64,000 nucleotides of DNA from Auanema rhodensis (Eukaryota; Animalia; Nematoda): the NCBI GenBank assembly GCA_964057225.1, contig OZ059894.1, positions 5,146,001 through 5,210,000 of the forward strand, in the 5' to 3' direction. The translations under genes were made by a program, and so were the position numbers. A model generated the notes under the pieces. That model worked only from the letters and a program-made list of their open reading frames with translations, made no database searches and was not told the origin of the DNA. Positions 53,576 through 64,000 of the stretch are shown here, piece after piece. Position 1 is the first letter of the stretch; every line of letters begins with the position of its first letter.

Positions 53576-56500
53576 AAGAGATGCGGTTTTCAAAATTAGA
53601 TTCTTCATGTCCATATTAGTCTAAAAACGAATTTTTATCGATATTGATGCATGGTAACCATGACTTTGAAATTTACGTGAACTTTAATTTATGCTTATTA
53701 AGTGTACACGTGATGTGCACTTGGTATGTAACTCGCTTCACGTGAAAGATAAAGGGATGCGGTTTTCAAAATTAGATTCCTCATGTCCATATTAGTCTAA
53801 AAACAAATTTTTGTTGATATTGGTGGATGGTAACCATGACTTTCAAATTTACGTGTACTTCAATTTATGCTAATTAAGTGTACACGTGATGTGCACTTGG
53901 TATGTAACTCGCTTCACGTCTAAGATAAAGAGATGCGGTTTTCAAAATTAGATTCCCGATGTCCATATTAGTCTAATAACAAATTTTTGTTGATATTGGT
54001 GGATGGTAACCATGACTTTCAAATTTACGTGAACTTCAATTTATGCTAATTAAGTGTACACGTGATGTGCACTTGGTACGTAATTCGCTTCAAGTCAAAG
54101 ATAAAGAGATGCGGTTTTCAAAATTAGATTTCCCATGTTCATATTAGTCTAAAAACAAATTTTTATTAATATTGGTGCATGGTAACCATGACTTTAAAAT
54201 TTACGTGAACTTTAATTTATGCTAATTAAGTGTACACGTGATGTGCACTTGGTATGTAACTCGCTTCAAGTGAAAGATAAAGAGATGCGGTTTTCAAAAT
54301 TAGATTTCGCATGTCCATATTAGTCTTAAAACAAATTTTTATTGATATTGGTGCATGGTAACCATGACTTTAAAATTTACGTGAACTTTAATTTATGCTA
54401 ATTAAGTGAACACATGATGTGCACTTGGTATGTAACTCGCTTCACGTGAAAGATAAAGAGATGCGGTTTTCAAAATTAGATTCCTCATGTCCATATTAGT
54501 CTAAAAACGAATTTTTATTGATATTGATGCATGGTAACCATGACTTTGAAATTTACGTGAACTTTAATTTATGCTTATTAAGTGTACACGTGATGTGCAC
54601 TTGGTATGTAACTCGCTTCACGTGAAAGATAAAGGGATGCGGTTTCCAAAATTAGATTCCCGATGTCCATATTAGTCCAAAAACAAATTTTTATTGATAT
54701 TGGTGCATGGTAACCATGACTTTGAAATTTACGTAAACTTTAATTTATGCTAATTAAGTGTACACGTGATGTGCACTTGGTACGTAATTCGCTTCAAGTC
54801 AAAGATAAAGAGATGCGGTTTTCAAAATTAGATTCCCCATGTCCATATTAGTCTAAAAACAAATTTTTGTTGATATTGGTGGATGGTAACCATGACTTTC
54901 AAATTTACGTGAACTTCAATTTATGCTAATTAAGTGTACACGTGATGTGCACTTGGTATGTAACTCGCTTCAAGTCAAAGATAAAGAGATGCGGTTTTCA
55001 AAATTAGATTCCCCATGTCCATATTAGTCTAAAAACAAATTTTTATTAATATTGGTGCATGGTAACCATGACTTTGAAATTTACGTGAACTTTAATTTAT
55101 GCTAATTAAGTGTACACATAATGTGCACTTGGTATGTAACTCGCTTCAAGTGAAAGATAAAGAGATGCGGTTTTCAAAATTAGATTTCGCATGTCCATAT
55201 TAGTCTAAAAACAAATTTTTATTGATATTGATGCATGGTAACCATGACTTTAAAATTTACGTGAACTTTAATTTATGCTAATTAAGTGAACACATGATGT
55301 GCACTTGGTATGTAACTCGCTTTACGTGAAAGATAAAGAGATGCGGTTTTCAAAATTAGATTCCTCATGTCCATATTAGTCTAAAAACGAATTTTTATTG
55401 ATATTGGTGGATGGTAACCATGACTTTCAAATTTACGTGTACTTCAATTTATGCGAATTAAGTGTACACGTGATGTGCACTTGGTATGTAACTCGCTTCA
55501 CGTCAAAGATAAAGAGATGCGGTTTTCAAAATTAGATTCCCGATGTCCATAGTAGTCTAAAAACAAATTTTTGTTGATATTGGTGGATGGTAACCATGAC
55601 TTTCAAATTTACGTGAACTTTATTTTATGCTAATTAAGTGTACACGTGATGTGCACTTGGTATGTAACTCGCTTCACGTCTAAGATAAAGAGATGCGGTT
55701 TTCAAAATCAGATTCCCGATGTCCATATTAGTCTAAAAACAAATTTTTGTTGATATTGGTGGATGGTAACCATGACTTTCAAATTTACGTGAACTTCAAT
55801 TTATGCTAATTAAGTGTACACGTGATGTGCACTTGGTACGTAATTCGCTTCAAGTCAAAGATAAAGAGATGCGGTTTTCAAAATTTGATTTCCCATGTTC
55901 ATATTAGTCTAAAAACAAATTTTTATTAATATTGGTGCATGGTAACCATGACTTTAAAATTTACGTGAACTTTAATTTATGCTAATTAAGTGTACACGTG
56001 ATGTGCACTTGGTATGTAACTCGCTTCAAGTGAAAGATAAAGAGATGCGGTTTTCAAAATTAGATTTCGCATGTCCATATTAGTCTTAAAACAAATTTTT
56101 ATTGATATTGGTGCATGGTAACCATGACTTTAAAATTTACGTGAACTTTAATTTATGCTAATTAAGTGAACACATGATGTGCACTTGGTATGTAACTCGC
56201 TTCACGTGAAAGATAAAGAGATGCGGTTTTCAAAATTAGATTCCTCATGTCCATATTAGTCTAAAAACGAATTTTTATTGATATTGATGCATGGTAACCA
56301 TGACTTTGAAATTTACGTAAACTTTAATTTATGCTAATTAAGTGTACACGTGATGTGCACTTGATACGTAATTCGCTTCAAGTCAAAGATAAAGAGATGC
56401 GGTTTTCAAAATTAGATTCCCCATGTCCATATTAGTCTAAAAACAAATTTTTGTTGATATTGGTGGATGGTAACCATGACTTTCAAATTTACGTGAACTT

Positions 56501-59500
56501 CAATTTATGCTAATTAAGTGTACACGTGATGTGCACTTGGTATGTAACTCGCTTCAAGTCAAAGATAAAGAGATGCGGTTTTCAAAATTAGATTCCCCAT
56601 GTCCATATTAGTCTAAAAACAAATTTTTATTAATATTGGTGCATGGTAACCATGACTTTGAAATTTACGTGAACTTTAATTTATGCTAATTAAGTGAACA
56701 CATGATGTGCACTTGGTATGTAACTCGCTTCACGTGAAAGATAAAGAGATGCGGTTTTCAAAATTAGATTCCTCATGTCCATATTAGTCTAAAAACGAAT
56801 TTTTATTGATATTGATGCATGGTAACCATGACTTTGAAATTTACGTGAACTTTAATTTATGCTAATTAAGTGTACACATAATGTGCACTTGGTATGTAAC
56901 TCGCTTCAAGTAAAAGATAAAGAGATGCGGTTTTCAAAATTAGATTTCGCATGTCCATATTAGTCTAAAAACAAATTTTTATTGATATTGGTGGATGGTA
57001 ACCATGACTTTCAAATTTACGTGTACTTCAATTTATGCGAATTAAGTGTACACGTGATGTGCACTTGGTATGTAACTCGCTTCACGTCAAAGATAAAGAG
57101 ATGCGGTTTTCAAAATTAGATTCCCGATGTCCATAGTAGTCTAAAAACAAATTTTTGTTGATATTGGTGGATGGTAACCATGACTTTCAAATTTACGTGA
57201 ACTTTATTTTATGCTAATTAAGTGTACACGTGATGTGCACTTGGTATGTAACTCGCTTCACGTCTAAGATAAAGAGATGCGGTTTTCAAAATCAGATTCC
57301 CGATGTCCATATTAGTCTAAAAACAAATTTTTGTTGATATTGGTGGATGGTAACCATGACTTTCAAATTTACGTGAACTTCAATTTATGCTAATTAAGTG
57401 TACACGTGATGTGCACTTGGTACGTAATTCGCTTCAAGTCAAAGATAAAGAGATGCGGTTTTCAAAATTTGATTTCCCATGTTCATATTAGTCTAAAAAC
57501 AAATTTTTATTAATATTGGTGCATGGTAACCATGACTTTAAAATTTACGTGAACTTTAATTTATGCTAATTAAGTGTACACGTGATGTGCACTTGGTATG
57601 TAACTCGCTTCAAGTGAAAGATAAAGAGATGCGGTTTTCAAAATTAGATTTCGCATGTCCATATTAGTCTTAAAACAAATTTTTATTGATATTGGTGCAT
57701 GGTAACCATGACTTTAAAATTTACGTGAACTTTAATTTATGCTAATTAAGTGAACACATGATGTGCACTTGGTATGTAACTCGCTTCACGTGAAAGATAA
57801 AGAGATGCGGTTTTCAAAATTAGATTCCTCATGTCCATATTAGTCTAAAAACGAATTTTTATTGATATTGATGCATGGTAACCATGACTTTGAAATTTAC
57901 GTAAACTTTAATTTATGCTAATTAAGTGTACACGTGATGTGCACTTGATACGTAATTCGCTTCAAGTCAAAGATAAAGAGATGCGGTTTTCAAAATTAGA
58001 TTCCCCATGTCCATATTAGTCTAAAAACAAATTTTTGTTGATATTGGTGGATGGTAACCATGACTTTCAAATTTACGTGAACTTCAATTTATGCTAATTA
58101 AGTGTACACGTGATGTGCACTTGGTATGTAACTCGCTTCAAGTCAAAGATAAAGAGATGCGGTTTTCAAAATTAGATTCCCCATGTCCATATTAGTCTAA
58201 AAACAAATTTTTATTAATATTGGTGCATGGTAACCATGACTTTGAAATTTACGTGAACTTTAATTTATGCTAATTAAGTGAACACATGATGTGCACTTGG
58301 TATGTAACTCGCTTCACGTGAAAGATAAAGAGATGCGGTTTTCAAAATTAGATTCCTCATGTCCATATTAGTCTAAAAACGAATTTTTATTGATATTGAT
58401 GCATGGTAACCATGACTTTGAAATTTACGTGAACTTTAATTTATGCTAATTAAGTGTACACATAATGTGCACTTGGTATGTAACTCGCTTCAAGTAAAAG
58501 ATAAAGAGATGCGGTTTTCAAAATTAGATTTCGCATGTCCATATTAGTCTAAAAACAAATTTTTATTGATATTGATGCATGGTAACCATGACTTTAAAAT
58601 TTACGTGAACTTTAATTTATGCTAATTAAGTGAACACATGATGTGCACTTGGTATGTAACTCGCTTTACGTGAAAGATAAAGAGATGCGGTTTTCAAAAT
58701 TAGATTCCTCATGTCCATATTAGTCTAAAAACAAATTTTTGTTGATATTGGTGGATGGTAACCATGACTTTCAAATTTACGTGAACTTTATTTTATGCTA
58801 ATTAAGTGTACACGTGATGTGCACTTGGTATGTAACTCGCTTCACGTCTAAGATAAAGAGATGCGGTTTTCAAAATTAGATTCCCGATGTCCATATTAGT
58901 CTAAAAACAAATTTTTGTTGATATTGGTGGATAGTAACCATGACTTTCAAATTTACGTGAACTTCAATTTATGCTAATTAAGTGTACACGTGATGTGCAC
59001 TTGGTACGTAATTCGCTTCAAGTCAAAGATAAAGAGATGCGGTTTTCAAAATTAGATTTCCCATGTTCATATTAGTCTAAAAACAAATTTTTATTAATAT
59101 TGGTGCATGGTAACCATGACTTTAAAATTTACGTGAACTTTAATTTATGCTAATTAAGTGTACACGTGATGTGCACTTGGTATGTAACTCGCTTCAAGTG
59201 AAAGATAAAGAGATGCGGTTTTCAAAATTAGATTTCGCATGTCCATATTAGTCTTAAAACAAATTTTTATTGATATTGGTGCATGGTAACCATGACTTTA
59301 AAATTTACGTGAACTTTAATTTATGCTAATTAAGTGAACACATGATGTGCACTTGGTATGTAACTCGCTTCACGTGAAAGATAAAGAGATGCGGTTTTCA
59401 AAATTAGATTCCTCATGTCCATATTAGTCTAAAAACGAATTTTTATTGATATTGATGCATGGTAACCATGACTTTGAAATTTACGTGAACTTTAATTTAT

Positions 59501-62500
59501 GCTTATTAAGTGTACACGTGATGTGCACTTGGTATGTAACTCGCTTCACGTGAAAGATAAAGGGATGCGGTTTCCAAAATTAGATTCCCGATGTCCATAT
59601 TAGTCCAAAAACAAATTTTTATTGATATTGGTGCATGGTAACCATGACTTTGAAATTTACGTAAACTTTAATTTATGCTAATTAAGTGTACACGTGATGT
59701 GCACTTGGTACGTAATTCGCTTCAAGTCAAAGATAAAGAGATGCGGTTTTCAAAATTAGATTCCCCATGTCCATATTAGTCTAAAAACAAATTTTTGTTG
59801 ATATTGGTGGATGGTAACCATGACTTTCAAATTTACGTGAACTTCAATTTATGCTAATTAAGTGTACACGTGATGTGCACTTGGTATGTAACTCGCTTCA
59901 AGTCAAAGATAAAGAGATGCGGTTTTCAAAATTAGATTCCCCATGTCCATATTAGTCTAAAAACAAATTTTTATTAATATTGGTGCATGGTAACCATGAC
60001 TTTGAAATTTACGTGAACTTTAATTTATGCTAATTAAGTGTACACATAATGTGCACTTGGTATGTAACTCGCTTCAAGTAAAAGATAAAGAGATGCGGTT
60101 TTCAAAATTAGATTTCGCATGTCCATATTAGTCTAAAAACAAATTTTTATTGATATTGATGCATGGTAACCATGACTTTAAAATTTACGTGAACTTTAAT
60201 TTATGCTAATTAAGTGAACACATGATGTGCACTTGGTATGTAACTCGCTTTACGTGAAAGATAAAGAGATGCGGTTTTCAAAATTAGATTCCTCATGTCC
60301 ATATTAGTCTAAAAACGAATTTTTATTGATATTGGTGGATGGTAACCATGACTTTCAAATTTACGTGAACTTTATTTTATGCTAATTAAGTGAACACATG
60401 ACTTTAATTTATGCTAATTAATTGAACACATGATGTGCACTTGGTATGTAACTCGCTTTACGTGAAAGATAAAGAGATGCGGTTTTCAAAATTAGATTCC
60501 TCATGTCCATATTAGTCTAAAAACGAATTTTTATTGATATTGGTGGATGGTAACCATGACTTTCAAATTTACGTGAACTTCAATTTATGCTAATTAAGTG
60601 TACACGTGATGTGCACTTGGTACGTAATTCGCTTCAAGTCAAAGATAAAGAGATGCGGTTTTCAAAATTAGATTTCGCATGTCCATATTAGTCTAAAAAC
60701 AAATTTTTATTGATATTGATGCATGGTAACCATGACTTTCAAATTTACGTGTACTTCAATTTATGCTAATTAAGTGTACACGTGATGTGCACTTGGTATG
60801 TAACTCGCTTCACGTCAAAGATAAAGAGATGCGGTTTTCAAAGTTAGATTCCCGATGTCCATATTAGTCTAAAAACAAATTTTTGTTGATATTGGTGGAT
60901 GGTAACCATGACTTTCAAATTTACGTGTACTTCAATTTATGCTAATTAAGTGTACACGTGATGTGCACTTGGTATGTAACTCGCTTCACGTCAAAGATAA
61001 AGAGATGCGGTTTTCAAAGTTAGATTCCCGATGTCCATATTAGTCTAAAAACAAATTTTTGTTGATATTGGTGGATGGTAACCATGACTTTCAAATTTAC
61101 GTGTACTTCAATTTATGCTAATTAAGTGTACACGTGATGTGCACTTGGTATGTAACTCGCTTCAAGTCAAAGATAAAGAGATGCGGTTTTCAAAATTAGA
61201 TTTCGCATGTCCATATTAGTCTAAAAACAAATTTTTATTGATATTGATGCATGGTAACCATGACTTTCAAATTTACGTGTACTTCAATTTATGCTAATTA
61301 AGTGTACACGTGATGTGCACTTGGTATGTAACTCGCTTCACGTCAAAGATAAAGAGATGCGGTTTTCAAAATTAGATTCCCGATGTCCATATTAGTCTAA
61401 AAACAAATTTTTGTTGATATTGGTGGATGGTAACCATGACTTTCAAATTTACGTGAACTTCAATTTATGCTAATTAAGTGTACACGTGATGTGCACTTGG
61501 TATGTAACTCGCTTCACGTCAAAGATAAAGAGATGCGGTTTTCAAAATTAGATTTCCCATGTTCATATTAGTCTAAAAACAAATTTTTATTAATATTGGT
61601 GCATGGTAACCATGACTTTAAAATTTACGTGAACTTTAATTTATGCTAGTTAAGTGTACACGTGATGTGCACTTGCTATGTAACTCGCTTCAAGTGAAAG
61701 ATAAAGAGATGCGGTTTTCAAAATTAGATTTCGCATGTCCATATTAGTCTAAAAACAAATTTTTATTGATATTGGTGCATGGTAACCATGACTTTAAAAT
61801 TTACGTGAACTTTATCTTATGCTAATTAAGTGAACACATGATGTGCACTTGGTATGTAACTGGCTTCACGTCGAAGATAAAGAGATGCGGTTTTCAAAAT
61901 TAGATTCCCCATGTCCATATTAGTCTAAAAACAAATTTTTATTGATATTGGTGCATGGTAACCATGACTTTGAAATTTACGTGAACTTTAATTTATGCTA
62001 ATTAAGTGTACACGTGATGTGCACTTGGTATGTAACTCGCTTCACGTGAAAGATGAAGAGATGCGGTTTTCAAAATTAGATTCCTCATGTCCATATTAGT
62101 CTAAAAACGAATTTTTATTGATATTGATGCATGGTAACCATGACTTTGAAATTTACGTGAACTTTAATTTATGCTAATTAAGTGTACATGTGATGTGCAC
62201 TTGGTATGTAACTCGCTTCACGTGAAAGATGAAGAGATGCGGTTTTCAAAATTAGATTCTTCATGTCCATATTAGTCTAAAAACGAATTTTTATTGATAT
62301 TGGTGGATGGTAACCATGACTTTCAAATTTACGTGAACTTCAATTTATGCTAATTAAGTGTACACGTGATGTGCACTTGGTATGTAACTCGCTTCACGTG
62401 AAAGATGAAGAGATGCGGTTTTCAAAATTAGATTCTTCATGTCCATATTAGTCTAAAAACGAATTTTTATTGATATTGATGCATGGTAACCATGACTTTC

Positions 62501-64000
62501 AAATTTACGTGAACTTCAATTTATGCTAATTAAGTGTACACGTGATGTGCACTTGCTATGTAACACGCTTCAAGTGAAAGATAAAGAGATGCGGTTTTCA
62601 AAATTAGATTTCGCATGTCCATATTAGTCTAAAAACAAATTTTTATTGATATTGGTGCATGGTAACCATGACTTTAAAATTTACGTGAACTTTAATTTAT
62701 GCTAATTAAGTGAACACATGATGTGCACTTGGTATGTAACTGGCTTCACGTCGAAGATAAAGAGATGCGGTTTTCAAAATTAGATTCCCCATGTCCATAT
62801 TAGTCTAAAAACAAATTTTTATTGATATTGGTGCATGGTAACCATGACTTTCAAATTTACGTGTACTTCAATTTATGCTAATTAAGTGTACACGTGATGT
62901 GCACTTGGTATGTAACTCGCTTCAAGTCAAAGATAAAGAGATGCGGTTTTCAAAATTAGATTTCGCATGTCCATATTAGTCTAAAAACAAATTTTTATTG
63001 ATATTGATGCATGGTAACCATGACTTTCAAATTTACGTGTACTTCAATTTATGCTAATTAAGTGTACACGTGATGTGCACTTGGTATGTAACTCGCTTCA
63101 CGTCAAAGATAAAGAGATGCGGTTTTCAAAATTAGATTCCCGATGTCCATATTAGTCTAAAAACAAATTTTTGTTGATATTGGTGGATGGTAACCATGAC
63201 TTTCAAATTTACGTGAACTTCAATTTATGCTAATTAAGTGTACACGTGATGTGCACTTGGTATGTAACTCGCTTCACGTCAAAGATAAAGAGATGCGGTT
63301 TTCAAAATTAGATTTCCCATGTTCATATTAGTCTAAAAACAAATTTTTATTAATATTGGTGCATGGTAACCATGACTTTAAAATTTACGTGAACTTTAAT
63401 TTATGCTAGTTAAGTGTACACGTGATGTGCACTTGCTATGTAACTCGCTTCAAGTGAAAGATAAAGAGATGCGGTTTTCAAAATTAGATTTCGCATGTCC
63501 ATATTAGTCTAAAAACAAATTTTTATTGATATTGGTGCATGGTAACCATGACTTTAAAATTTACGTGAACTTTAATTTATGCTAATTAAGTGAACACATG
63601 ATGTGCACTTGGTATGTAACTGGCTTCACGTCGAAGATAAAGAGATGCGGTTTTCAAAATTAGATTCCCCATGTCCATATTAGTCTAAAAACAAATTTTT
63701 ATTGATATTGGTGCATGGTAACCATGACTTTGAAATTTACGTGAACTTTAATTTATGCTAATTAAGTGTACACGTGATGTGCACTTGGTATGTAACTCGC
63801 TTCACGTGAAAGATGAAGAGATGCGGTTTTCAAAATTAGATTCTTCATGTCCATATTAGTCTAAAAACGAATTTTTATTGATATTGATGCATGGTAACCA
63901 TGACTTTGAAATTTACGTGAACTTTAATTTATGCTTATTAAGTGTACACGTGATGTGCACTTGGTATGTAACTCGCTTCACGTGAAAGATAAAGGGATGC
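53552..64000 (+). repeat. 176-bp satellite array, block 3, + orientation (~59 monomers, continues past the window end)
   Basis: Forward sequence resumes at GTAACTCGCTTCAAGTCAAAG (53552). The GT at 53552-53553 is shared by both orientations. Confidence 0.99.
55410..58575 (+). repeat. Tandem duplication, period 1584 bp (9 monomers)
   Basis: ATGCGAATT at 55451/57035, CATAGTAG (G at 55552/57136), AAAATCAG (C at 55709/57293) and TTGATACG at 56361/57945. Confidence 0.9.

Noticed and set aside
1-64000. CRISPR array or other repeat-spacer system
   Set aside because: There are no unique spacers. The full 176 bp is repeated and no cas-like ORFs are present.

Overview
The whole window is one AT-rich (~33% GC, counted on monomer 1) tandem satellite array of a 176-bp monomer, about 363 copies. 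The copies are near-identical and differ mainly at a small set of recurring sites. This looks like eukaryotic centromeric or heterochromatic satellite DNA; I could not assign a named family. There are no credible genes: the four short ORFs are satellite monomers that lost a single stop codon. The informative structure is architectural. The array runs + from 1 to 41193, passes through a 58-bp non-satellite A-rich tract (41194-41251), runs - from 41252 to 53553, then returns to + (53552-64000) at a near-perfect palindrome with a 7-nt loop and 2-bp microhomology. Rare monomer variants show that the inverted block is a mirror copy of both flanks rather than an in-place inversion, i.e. a forward/inverted/forward (inverted triplication-like) amplification. 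Superimposed on this are multi-monomer block duplications (periods of 9, 10, 17, 20, 24, 26, 27, 32 and 45 monomers) and three small indel alleles (+16, +7, +32 bp) that act as lineage markers. All comparisons were made by eye, so block boundaries are approximate.
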